64,000 nucleotides of DNA from Mytilus trossulus. Its lineage: Eukaryota. The stretch covers positions 19,902,001 to 19,966,000 of the forward strand of contig NC_086380.1 in assembly GCF_036588685.1 (NCBI RefSeq), written 5' to 3'. A program made the translations under genes and the position numbers. The notes beneath the pieces were generated by a model that worked only from the letters and a program-made list of their open reading frames with translations, searched no databases and was not told the DNA's origin. This document shows, piece by piece, positions 1 through 12,220 of the stretch (the stretch's first letter is position 1; each line of letters opens with the position of its first letter).

Positions 1-219
1 TCTTAATTCCCTTATATTTCTATTCATCCTTAAATTGGTGATTCATTTACAAGTCACTTCTGGTCATGGAATTTTTAATGGAAATAAAGTAGAAAATAAA
101 ATAATCTCTTTTTTTGATTAATCTCAGATTGTTTTTGGACATCAGGGGAGACAATTTATCAGTTTAAGTACACATAAAACATTGTTTGACAGTGAGTATT
201 ACTTTTAAAATACACAAAC

Positions 220-3200
220 CTCCTTTCCCTTTCTTTGCACTTGGTTTTGATCTTTTCTTCACAGGTTCTGATGAAGTCTAAAATCAATCAAAACTAATGT
301 TCAACCACAATACTTTTCTCATATAAAGATTCTTTTTCTTATACAGACTGTCCTAGAATAACTATTTAGGCAAAACTTTCTTCTATTTTTAAATTTTTTA
401 AATATTTAGATACATCATTGAGCTGTACTTTTGCAATGAGCAAATCAACATTACTCTGATATCTGTTTGTTGTAAAATGAAAAAAAATAAATTTGTACAA
501 TATTTTTGATTTATTTCAATATAACTCTGCTAAAATAATATTTAGATCTATTGTATTGAAACAGATTGCAAACTGTTTCCAGTTCCAGAATCATTAAGTC
601 CTGATACTGAAAACAGTCCAGCTAAAAGACACAATATACCATAATATTTTGTTAACGGAGATAGATGCTATTCAAATTCTATTAAAACAAATATGACCAT
701 CTTTAAATGTGTTCAACATGGCAAGATTTTTTTTCCAAAAAAATGTTAATTTTTCATTCCCATTTGATTATGCTTTCAATCTATTTCTATAAAGACTTAC
801 TGGTATATTAGCTCTACTCTGTGCACTAGCTGCCATATACAATGTGGGATCTGTTCCAAATTCAAATCCTAAACTCTCTAGTGCTTTTCTCCTGTAACAA
901 TAAAAAATTTGTAAGGGTTCCGCGGAACCCAGTGTCTCGCCTACTTTTGCTGTAAATCACAGGCTCAACAAAAATTAGGAAAAAAATCAATAAAAATATT
1001 CCTCTTGATACTATCTTTTGATTGTAAGAAGCTTCTGTCCAAGTTTGGTAAAAATCTAGGATAGTTAATGAATCTAATAAATGTTTTGAAAACTTTAACT
1101 GCAGACTGTATGAAGTATTAACTGGAAGAAAATCTAAGTCCATTTAAAAGTAAAATACAGAAAAAATGGAGTTATCTTTTTACAAAATTTACTTCTGGAT
1201 ACTATCTTATGATCATAAATAAGCTTCTGCCCAAGTTTGGTACAAACCAAGGATAGTTTATGAAAGTTATTAAAATTCTAAAAACTTTAACCACAGAGTG
1301 AATGTAATGTTTCCCCACAGAAAAACTAAGTCCATTTAAAAGTAAATAAAGAAAAAATGGATTTTTTTTTTTTACAAAATTTACTTCTGGATGCTATCTT
1401 ATGATCATAAACAAGCTTCTGTCCAAGTTTTGTACAAACCAAGGATAGTTTAAGAAAGTTATTAAAATTCTAAAAACTTTAACCACAGAGTGAATGTAAT
1501 GTTTCCCCGCTGAAAAAAACTAAGTCCATTTATAAGTAAAATACTGAAAAAATGGAATTTTATTTTTACAAAATTTACTTTGGATACTATCTTATGATCA
1601 TAAACAAGCTTCTGTCCAAGTTTGGTACAAACCAAGGATAGTTTAAGAAAGTTATAAAAATTCTAAAAACTTTAACCACAGAGTGAATGAAATGTTTCCC
1701 CGCAGAAAAAACTAAGTCCATTTATAAGTAAAATACGGAAAAAATGGAATTTTATTTTTACAAAATTTACTTCTGGATACTATCTTATGATCATAAACAA
1801 GCTTCTGTCCAAGTTTGGTAGAAATCCAGTATAGTTTAGGAAAGTTATTAAAATTTCAAAAACTTAAACCACAGAGTGAATATTTGTGGACGCCGCCGAC
1901 GACGACACCGACGACGACGGAAAGTAGGATCGCTTAGTATCGCTTTTTCGACTAAAGTCGAAGGCTCGACAAAAATCATACAGATGAATCTTCATAATTG
2001 TATGCAATTTTTTATTTATAAAAAACGTCATAAATGTACATAACTTTTATTTATAGAAAACTTCATAAATGTTCAAAACTTTCTATTTATAGAAAAATAA
2101 TCAGCAAATGATAAAAGATAGATAATAGGACATAAATACAAAACTTTATTAAGTTTCTAATGCATCAAATATAGGTCATATTAAACTAAATTTGTGCTGT
2201 CAGAGCAGCTTTATCTTTCAGTAAACACTGCACATGTGTGAAGCACCTTACATTTTTTGAAAAATGAATCTTCTTGCAGAACTTCACTAAAGTCAAACTG
2301 CAAGCAACTGTGAAGTATAAAATATGTGACAAATAATGAATTCCTATTCCTTACTATTTTTACTGTAAATTCAGAAATTATTCTGTGCATTTATTGTTGC
2401 TATTTTGTCATTATAATCAAAATGTGATTTTAAATTGTGTGATATTGAGAAAAAAAACTGTTTATTAAATATACAAAATTTCAAAATGCAAGTTTAAATT
2501 ATTGTGATTATAACCCTGTTGTATTTTCTGCAATAATAAAAAACATCACAATAGTTTCTGAACTTACTTACTAGAGGGGACATAGGAGGGGTCCTTATCC
2601 TGAAATCATGGACTTCAAAAAACGAAATCCTGAGGTCCCCGATTTAAATAAATTAAATCATGACGTCCCGAAATCCGAAAAAAAGGATTCCCAGATCCCA
2701 AAAGGATCAATCCCGAAATCCTGAGCTTAAAAACACCCGATCCCAAATCCTGATAAAGGTCCTATCCCCCCTCTTACTTACTAAATCCCTCATGCTAGCT
2801 CTTTAGATAGCAAATATAACAAGGAAAGCGTAAAACACTTACTTTTTACCTGCACTGTGCCCATCATTTTCACTGTCACTGGATGCTGTAGCATCTGAAT
2901 CATCTGATGAATCATCTAATTTTTCATACTGTAACAATCTGTCTAGCAAGAAACTGAAAAAACAAGAATGTGTCCTCAGTACACGAATGCCCCACTCGCA
3001 CTATCATTCTCCATGTTCAGTGGACCGTGAAATTGGGGTAAAAACTCTAATTTGGCATTAAAATTAGAAAGATCATATCATAGGGAACATGTGTACAAAG
3101 TTTGAAGTAGATTGGACTTCAAATTCATCAAAAACTACCTAGACCAAAAACTTTAACCTGGAGCGGGACAGACGGACGGACTGTCTAGCAAGAAACTGAA

Positions 3201-6200
3201 GACTAAAGTTTACACTGTAACAATCTGTCTAGCAAAAAAAAATGAAAAACAAAATGCATACTGTAAATCCTGCATAGCAGGAAACTGAAGAAAAAGTTCA
3301 TACTGTAGAACCTGTCTAGCCAGAAACTGAAAAACAAAGTTCCTACTGTAACAATCTGTCTAGCAAAAATTATTTAAAAATAAAGTTAAAATAAAATCAA
3401 AATAGAAAACATGCATTGGGCAATTTGGCCTGTAAATTATATACATTTAAAAGATAAGTAGACTGTTGTATTTGATTACCTTCTATCTCTAGTGATCTTT
3501 AGAAGTTTTCTCTGTGACTTCCTTAATTCTTCTAAGAAACACTCTTGTTCCTAAATAGAATCCAATTATCATAAGACACCATATCACCAGAAACAAATAT
3601 CATGAAATACTCAAAAATATTTCCATAAAATGATAATCTTTTGTTGTAAACAGTTCACATTCATTTCTTTTGACATTTTTTTCATAGCCCCCATGAATTA
3701 TTTCGATTCTAATAGGACAAAATACAGCAATTCTTATGGATCAAAGCGCTCTAGATAGGAGGCATATATTTGCCGTTCCCATAAATAAACACACTTTTAA
3801 AATGGCGTAAAAGAACAGAGCAAACGAATTAGTGACATGCTTAAACTATTACAATAGTGTACATATTTATATAGTTTTGGATGAATTTAAATAATAATTT
3901 ACTTGTATGTTTTATTTGTATAAAAAATGGCTTATACAATTTAGCATCGTTTGGTAACATTTCAATGTTGTGATGATTATCGGTTTCACAAGTGTGTACT
4001 TTTCTGTAAAATGCTTATATTCTGACGTCTGGTATCTCATTCATATACAAACATATAACGTGGGAGTGCGATCGGAACAGCCTAATCAATATATTCATAT
4101 TTTACCACGGGTGTGTACTCAAAGCATTTGAAGGACGTCATGTTAGAATTGATATTATAGTATATATACATGTATGATGTGCAAAATTTCTTTTTTATAC
4201 TCACATATACCAAAAACTTTAATTTCTTTTTTAATGCTTTGTATTTTTCTCTATATTCAACCTGGTGTTCTTGGTGATGAATTTGTCCTTCTAAAGAAAA
4301 AAATATTATTTATTATCAAAAATACAGTTTGCACAGGAATATCAATACATTTTAAAAAGCTCCTTAAGCATGTTAAGTGAAATGATTATTTGATTAGATC
4401 TCTAAAACTACCACCAAAAATCGTCACTTTCAATGACAGAAAAAAAATGAAGATTGACCTACATAGAAGGCCTGCAACAAATAATTCTGACAGAAAAAAG
4501 ACAACATAACAAATTCAGGGATAAACAACTGGGGAATAGAAATATAACAAAAGCTCATCACTGAGTGCCAATTTTCTAAATGTTAGTTGGGTACATGTAC
4601 ATTTTTGTATCTTGTGTTATATAATTAAGGTACAAAATGAATGTCGGTTTTTTTTTCAGAGTAAGACTGTGAGTGACTGTGTAGGTTGCAAGACAACTTA
4701 TACAGTCTACAAAAAGTCAACTCAGACCATTTCTAATGCTAACTCAAACAGGTTTAATGATAAAAAATTAGTTAATGATACAGACAGTGACTTTCATTTG
4801 TCATTAGTGTAATGTAAAGAAAAATGTGAGAGTTTTGACTCACCTTTTGACTTTACAAAGGATGTAAAAGATGAACATGAAAAGAAAAGACTTCTAAATA
4901 GACAGTTATAATATACAGTTCTAGATCACAACTTAGACACTTGTGATAAGTTGTATAATTAACATATATGCTTCTGTCTATTGTAACACTACATACATAT
5001 TTTTATTTTTTTGGTTTGAGTGCTGTTTGACATGTACAAAATGTACATGTACATGTATGAGTAAATAACATTTGTAACATTCTGGCAGATTCTTCTTAGT
5101 ATATATTAAATCCTTGATTAATAACAAATCATGCGCTGCCATATACATTGTAGTTATATATAATTAAGTGAGAATAGTCGTAAATCATAGCGCTTTCAAG
5201 CTCAGTTATGTTATAACTAGATTATTTTCATATCACCGACTTTTGACTCCAGTTTATATCATATTTCGACAGGTTACGGTTTACCTACGACATCCTGGTA
5301 CTCGGTCAATTAAAAGCAGTTATAATAAATACCGAAATGTCTCGCCTTCTTTACTAATCATTGATATTATGTTGGTTGTCCTAAATATAATGCTTTATTA
5401 CAACTGTCACATAAAGTTAAACCAAAAAACTAATTATTGACCACTGAACCGTGAAAATTAGGTAAAGGTCAGATGAACCATGTCAGGCAACAATGTACAG
5501 CTAACAATTCTTCCATACAACAAATATAATTGACCTTTTGCTTAATGTTTTAGAAAAACCAAAACACAAAAACTTAATGCTGAGAATGAGGTGGAGGTCA
5601 AATAAAACCTGGGCGACTGACATATAGATCATAAAATATTTCCATACACCAAATATAGTTGACCTATAGCTATTGCAATTAGTATTAGATAAAAAGACCA
5701 AAACTCAAAAAATAACTTTGACCACTGAACCATGAAAATGAGGTCACGGTCAGATGACACCTGCCAGCCAGACATGTAAACCTTAAAATCATTCCAGTGT
5801 TCCAGCTAGCATGAAATGGAGGGGCGCCGCGCCCCGCCCCCGAAATTTTGCGCCCCTCTGCCTTTTTTAAGCGCCCCTGCGCCCCTCTGTGCCCTTTTGA
5901 AAAATAGTTTAAAAAACGATCTTTTTTCCTCACATCGTCGCCATTTTGTTGAGTTCTTTATACACACACTTCATTAAGACAACAGATTAAAATTGTTGAC
6001 ACTAATCTTGTTACCTGATTATAATCACCTATTTGATTAGAGTCAATTACTTAATCAGGTGAAATTTACGACCCTGTCTAATCCCTTTACCCTGAAGCAC
6101 CAAACATCGAAGTTAAATAAATTGATTATTTTAACACCTGACGATGCAAAATATAATTTATAAAATAAATGTGAACGGTGTTCATTTCTATTGTATTTGT

Positions 6201-9200
6201 TATTTATTATGTCATTTAAGAAGAATCATTCCAATAGGTCAACACGCAAAATGCATGAAACATGATGTAACTTTGACCTCCGTAGCCGAGTTCAAAAAAT
6301 TTATGGGTCACTGAATATTCACAATTCAGATCGTTTTTGTTTTGATGTTTTTATTTTTGAAACTGATCTTTCAAACTAGTTTTAATCCAGAAGAAAGTAA
6401 AAACATTGCTTGACTGTACCTTAAGTTGAATATCTATGTCCAAATTAAATTAATTAAAACTGTAATCCATGATCACAAATTGAATGCTTTGTTTACAATT
6501 GTGCTGTGAACAATGTGTAAATAAACTGTATATATTAAACCAAATTCGATGGTATTGGACTGCACTACACGTATATATAAAGCACACAGGTGGAGGATAT
6601 GTCTGCACATGTTAGACATACTGGTGCCTATGAAGACACTGGTGTGGTTCTCCTATATAGGAGGTTAAAGATACAGAGGTAAGGTAAGGTAATTGTTCAA
6701 AGCCATGTGCTTTTTGGCGGGAAAATTCGGGAAACCCCTTATTAACAGGAAACAGTTACATTTCATTGTTATTTATAGACAGTAGGAATTTCATTTTGGA
6801 AATCATTTTGATTACAACTTCTAAGATTTATTCATGAAAAATTATAATAATTTCTTGGGGTGAAACTAATAATACTTTTTTTTATTTATTAAAATAATTT
6901 ACATCTAGGGGTATGGAAAGGGGGGCTGGTTTTTTTTGTTTTTTTTTCAATAATATTACAAATATATATAAAGTTCACCAGTCTGAAAATACATGGTTAA
7001 ATGGATTTTAATTCTGAAAAACTCATGTTTATTTAATTCCTTTATTATTTTCATCATAATAAGAAACAAGCTACATGTATAAGGTATTTCAAACATATAT
7101 TTTTGGCTTTTATATAAGAACATTCAAGACTATTAGTATGTATGTGCCTGCAGTAAAAACAAACCTGTTAGAGCCTAAAAAATTCTACAGGGCCCTTGAA
7201 AAAACTTTTGAATCCAGGCTGGCCTTCAGAGAAAATGTTAAGTATTGTTCCTGACTGTATTGCAGATTTATGTGAAGTTTTTAAACTGACATGCACAATT
7301 CATTTCACAAGTGTAATAAAAATAATTCTACAAAACAACGCAGCGCATTGCGTTGCAAATTCATCTTAGACCCACCATGCATCAAGAAATATGTCTTTAT
7401 GTGGTAATATTAAGTATTTGATTTTTTTTCAGTGAGAACGCGCTAAAGTGCCCTTTTTAAAAACGCGCCCCTCTATTTTCAAATCCTAGCTGGAACACTG
7501 CATTCCATACACCAAATATAGTAGACCTATTGCATACAGTATAAGAAAAACAGACCAAAACACAAAACTTAACTATAACCACTGAACCATAAAAATGAGG
7601 TCAAGGTCAGATGACACCTGCCAGTTGGACATGTACACCTTACAGTCCTTCCATACACAGAATATACAAGACCTACATGTATTACTTATACATGTAGTAT
7701 CTGATATATGGACTTGACCACCAAAACTTACTTACTTACTTACTTAGTCCTTGCTATGCCTAGTGGCACATAGGGCAAGGACAAGTTTCCTCCACTCTTC
7801 TCTGTTGTTTGCTGTTCTTTCAACTGTACCTCAGGTATATCCTCTTTCCTTTAGCTCATTTTCTACAGTGCGTCTCCATGTTGTTTTAGGTCGGCCTCTC
7901 TTTCTCTTCCCCTCAGGTGTCCATCTAAGGGCTACCTTGGTCATGTCATCAGATGGTTTGCGTATAACATGACCAAGCCACCTCCATCTTTTTTGTATGA
8001 GCAAAGTCTCCATGTCTTTGGTATTCGTCATCTCATGAAGGTCTTTGTTGGAGATTTTGTCTGGCCAGAATATTTTCATTATCTTTCGTAGACATGTGTT
8101 ATGGAAGCTGGAGAGTTTATTGATGTCTTTGTCAGTCATTCTCCAGCACTCTGAGCCATATAGGAGTACTGAGAGTACACAGCTGTTATATAGTCTGAGC
8201 TTGGTCTTCTTTGAAAAGGCTGTTGTTTTCCAGATGTTGCCTAATCTAATGAATGCAGATCTAGCTTTTCCTATTCTGATCTTTATGTCTCTCTCAGCAC
8301 CACCTTCTGTTGTTATACAACTGCCTAGGTAATTAAATGACTCTACTGTTTCAAGCTGTTTCCCTTCTACAAATATGGCAGGATGTTTCTCTGTATTGAG
8401 GTACATTAGCTTTGTCTTTTTGGCATTGATCTTAAGTCCAATCATTTTAGCTGTTTCTTCTAGCTTTTTGGTCTTCTCCTGCATATGGTCTTCGGTATGG
8501 GATAAAAGAGCTAAATCATCAGCATAGTCTGTGTCCTCAAGCGTAGTACAAAGTGTCCATCTCAGTCCGGTGTTTCTTTCTGCTAGGGTTGTTCTCATTA
8601 CCCAGTCAATAGCAATTATAAACAGCACAGATGACATAACACATCCCTGTCTTACTCCAGATTTTACGAGGAAAGTAGAGTCAGCTTCAGAGTTGATGGT
8701 ACATGAGAAATTTGTATAGAACTGCTTGATGAGTTGCACTATCTTACTTGGTATACCATAGTTTCTCAGAATTTCCCATAGACTTTCCCGGTGTAAGCTG
8801 TCAAATGCTTTCTCAAAGTCTACAAAATTTACCAGTAGTTTCCTCTGCCACTCATGACACTGTTCCAAGATGTTACGTAGGACAAATATGTGGTCGATGC
8901 AGCCTCTACCTTTTCTGAAACCAGCTTGTTCTTGTCGTAGTTTCTTATCCACAGCCTCTGTTATTCTTGAAATCAAAATTATGCAGAAGACCTTACTTGG
9001 AATGGATAGTAAGGTGATTCCTCTCCAGTTGTTGCAGTTAGTTAGGTCTCCTGATTTTGGTATTGTAATGATGTTGCCTTCAGACCAACTGTTAGGGATA
9101 ATAGCTTGTTCCCATATTTTCTGGAATACTGGATGTAAAGTATCCGCTGCCAGAACTGGATCTATCTTAAAAAGTTCTGCATTCAGTTGGTCCATGCCAG

Positions 9201-12142
9201 GTGCCTTTTTGTTTTTCAAGCTTTTAATGGCTTTCTGTATTTCTTGTTTTGAAGGTGGATCAGTATCTATTTCAAGGTCTAATGATGCCTCAGGAATAAT
9301 TGCTATATTATCTGGATCTTTTCGATTAAGAACCTCTTGAAAATGTTCCTTCCATCTCAGATATTGGTCTCGTTCTGTTGTTAGCATATTGTTGTTTTTG
9401 TCTTTAATAGGCATATTTATCTTGGCATTTTTACCACTTAGTTGTTTAGTTACTTGGTAAATCTGTCCCATTCTCTGATTTGAAGCTGCTCTTTCTGCTT
9501 CTTTTGCTAGGTCTTCCATAAAATCTCTCTTGTTCTTTCTTTTTTACCTTCTTGTTGCATTCTGTATACTTTGTTCTTAGCTTTTCCTTAATTCTCTCAG
9601 AACGTGTTTGGCAAATTTTGTTGTTCACTTCTTTCCTTTCATCTATCAAATTCCAAGTTTCAGGTGTTATCCATTCTTTGTGTACTTGTCTTTTGAATCC
9701 TAGTACCTTTTTACTGGCTTGAGTGTAGATTTCATGTATGTGCTGCCATTCATCATTGACTGATATTGTGATTGTGTTGTCAGTTGCTAGGTTGTCTAAT
9801 AGCTGAAATCTGTTCTTTATTTCCAGTTTAAACTCTTGCTGGATTTTTGGATCTTGTAATTTACCAACATCAAATTTCCTTGACACGTTTACATAAGTAG
9901 ACAACTTTTTAAGTTTCAGTTTGATGTTTGCAATTACTAGATGGTGGTCACTAGCAACATCTGCACCCCTCATAACGCGTACATCTTGCAGCGATCTTTT
10001 CCACTTTCCATTGATGATAATATGGTCTATTTGGTTTTTGTCTCTACCATTTGGAGAAGTCCATGTCAGCTTATGTATATCTCTATGAAGGAAGATAGTA
10101 CCCCCTATTACTAAGTTATTAGCACCACATAAGTCCACTAAACGTTCTCCATTGTCATTGATCTTGCCACATCCATATTTTCCCATTACTCTTTCATTCC
10201 CGGTGTTATCATTTCCAACTTTGGCGTTCAAATCACCCATCACTATTGTAACATCATGTTTTGGTACTTTTTCTATCTCAGATTGTAGAGCTAGATAGAA
10301 ATCAGTTTTCACATCATCCTCTGCTTCATTTGTTGGAGCATAGCATTGAATGATGGTTAGTTTTCCCTGCCTTGCTTGGAAGCGAGCTCTTATTATTCTT
10401 TCGTTTACAGGGGCATACTCTACCACCAAAACTTAACCATGTTCAATGATCCATGAAATGAGGTCGAGGTCAAGTGAAAACTGTCTGACGGGCATGAGGA
10501 CCTTGCAAGGTACGCACATATGATACCAAATATAGTTATCCTATTACTTATAATAAGAGAGAATTTAACATTAAAAAAATCTTCACTTTTTTTTCAAGTA
10601 GTCAGTCACTGAACCATAAAAATGAGGTCAACGACATTGGACATGTGACTGACGGAAACTTCGTAACATGAGGCATCCATATACAAAATATGAAGCATCT
10701 AGGTCTTATACCTTCTAAAATATAAAGCTTTCTAGAAGTTAGCTAACGTTACCGCAGCGGCATCACTATCCCTATATCAAGCTTTCTGAGACAAAAGTCG
10801 CAGACTCAACAAAAACCAAACATTTAATCTGTGTAATTGGAGGGAAAATTCCCCAAGAATTGTACAGATTAAAAGTTTGACGTTACTTCCAGTGTTCTCC
10901 CCAGGATTTTTGGATAGCGCTGTGGTAAGCGTGTTATTTTCCACAATTCTCAGTAACTTTGTCGCGTCGCGCGGTTGGTTTGTAATTGATTTTTTATGTC
11001 TTCTTTAGGTTGCTCTTATTTGATTTGGTACCAGGACGTTCTAGGTAACCTGTCAAAAAAATATGAACTTCACTGTCAAAAGTGGGTAATAAGAAAATGG
11101 TCAATCATGTCTATAGAATAAGTACATGGGACACTACTGTATATAATAATCCTCCATAACTTGTAAAGATGTATCGTCCATATTTTAAGTATTTACTCTA
11201 TTGAGGTTATAACATAATAAATTTCCATATTTTAAGTACAATGTATTAACTCAATTGAGGTTATAACATAACCTTTAATAAAGGGACTTAGTCCCCTATT
11301 ACAGAAGAAAAAATCAATAATAAAAAAAAAATTCAGGAAAATTTTCATTGTACTAATTGAACTCAAAATCGTTAACTTTTTTTGGTCACCTTTTTTAATT
11401 CCTGCATTTGTGCAGTACACAGATATCTACTTCCTTCTTCCAGTTTCGTTGTCATGAGACTTTAAGTAGTCTAGTAAAATATAAGAACTCAAGGAATACA
11501 TTACCAAATTGCATTTTTAATAATGTTTTGTCTTTGATATGAATAAACGCTACCTGTTGATTGCATCTTTGTTTATATTTAACATGACGTCATAACTTAA
11601 ATAACATCACAAGTAAAATCCCTAACAGTAACAGAACCAAAACAGAAAAACGTTACAGTATTTATGTTTCTTTTGTAACAGATTTTGAAGTTACAAAATT
11701 ATTTTTTTTACAGACTTCGTCCCCTTTCACGGGTTATACCTGTCTTTAATTAATACAACACTACCCAATGTATGTTTTGATCCTCTTCGGCCCTTGTGTA
11801 AGTTGCAAGTCAGCTTGGGTGCTACGTTTTTATAATGTCAAAGATTTAGATTTGTACTGCCTTTAGAATTTCTTGACAAAAACTTTATTAATACGTTTGC
11901 TCATCAAAGGAAAAATAGTAAGTAATTAACAGTCTTCTTTAATTTTAAAATTAATAATTTTCTGAAACTGCAACAACTTGAACTTGAACAAGACTCCAGC
12001 AAAGAAGATATGTAAGTCTCTGTCTTCTCCTGCTGTGAAAAAATCCCCTTGGAATTAAAGAATATTATGGTCTACTAATAATTCATATACTTCTAATTTG
12101 AAAAGGCGAAAGAATTACGAAAATACCTGGAATTGGCATCAT
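220..12142 (-). CDS. INO80E: INO80 complex subunit E, 3'-partial (continues beyond the left edge). Exons 12127-12142, 4205-4290, 3480-3550, 2843-2953, 801-891, 220-277
   Basis: All introns are GT-AG and phase-consistent. Spliced product: [86 protein letters not shown]...KKRSKPSAKKGKG, matching the INO80E N-terminal coiled coil ([47 protein letters not shown]). Exon 1 and the last two exons rest on frame and splice signals only. Confidence 0.88.
905..1975 (-). mobile_element. Non-autonomous Helentron/DINE-1-like element (HINE) with an internal ~192-bp tandem array
   Basis: Terminal hairpin GGGTTCCGCGGAACCC near 915-930. About 4 internal repeats (AAGTCCATTTA at ~1136, 1328, 1522, 1714). (GAC)n microsatellite and short inverted repeat TTCGACTAAAGTCGAA at the other end, with A/T-run flanks. 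Homologous copies at 19141-21855 and 50392-52330. Confidence 0.75.
2574..2773. mobile_element. MITE with 10-bp TSD (Mutator-like)
   Basis: GAGGGGA...CCCCCTC inverted ends flanked on both sides by TTACTTACTA (2564-2573 and 2774-2783). Related copy at 25217-25404. Confidence 0.65.
2961..3180 (-). mobile_element. Truncated HINE-like repeat ending in (GGAC)n
   Basis: Near-identical to 23278-23540 (CAAGAATG...GATGCCCC...CTCTAATTTGGCATTAAAATT...AAAAACTTTAACCTG), with a GACG/GGAC microsatellite. Confidence 0.6.
3181..3366 (-). repeat. ~43-bp tandem array copying the INO80E exon-4 acceptor and first ~31 nt of the exon
   Basis: CTGTCTAGC-type units at ~3181, 3225, 3270, 3312 and 3356 match 2921-2960 (TTCATACTGTAACAATCTGTCTAGCAAGAAACTGAA). 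Confidence 0.8.
5795..7500. mobile_element. Non-autonomous TIR DNA transposon, 1.7 kb, 5-bp TSD (hAT5-like)
   Basis: Perfect 15-bp TIR CAGTGTTCCAGCTAG / CTAGCTGGAACACTG, imperfect to ~35 bp. TSD CATTC at 5790-5794 and 7501-7505. No transposase ORF. Confidence 0.8.
7731..10421 (-). mobile_element. 5'-truncated RTE-clade non-LTR retrotransposon (APE endonuclease + reverse transcriptase)
   Basis: ORF 9446-10429 has APE motifs (YAPT, MGDLNAKVG, NQIDHI, SDH). ORF 7831-9519 has RT motifs (KAPG, WRGITLL, DFEKAFDS, GVRQG, YADD) and the RTE-type C-terminus (RWLGHV, RGRPKTTW). 14-bp TSD ACCACCAAAACTTA at 7717-7730 and 10422-10435. (TAAG)n tail with 3' stem-loop. One frameshift near 9520-9545 and a nonsense TGA at 7831-7833. 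Confidence 0.95.
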
Positions 12143-12220
12143 GATGTGATGGTAAACATTAAAATTTCGATTTTCTCCCTTTGATACTTCCTGTCATCCT
12201 TTTACTTCCGGTTAACCAAA
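12143..12220. promoter_or_regulatory. Compact bidirectional INO80E/RPL6 promoter and RPL6 non-coding exon 1 (5'TOP-like)
   Basis: Pyrimidine tracts TTTTCTCCCTTT (12171-12182) and CCTTTT (12198-12203). Two ETS/GABP-type sites, ACTTCCTGT (12186) and ACTTCCGGT (12204). Donor AAA|GTAAGC at 12220/12221. Confidence 0.6.

Larger units (their letters stand above)
5330..10815 (-). mobile_element. HINE-like host element interrupted by two nested insertions
   Basis: Repeat units CCACTGAACCATGAAAATGAGGTCAAGGTCAGATGACACCTGCCAG occur at 5440-5790 and resume at 7501-7730 and 10422-10700. Termini TGTCTCGCC and GACAAAAGTCGCAGACTCAACAAAAA resemble those of 905-1975. Confidence 0.65.

Noticed and set aside
7751-9340. 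Plus-strand ORFs of 62-156 aa
   Set aside because: Antisense shadows of the RTE reverse transcriptase ORF.
11960-12020. Plus-strand exon-like segment ending GATAT|GTAAGT
   Set aside because: No clear acceptor or partner exons. It lies antisense within INO80E intron 1.
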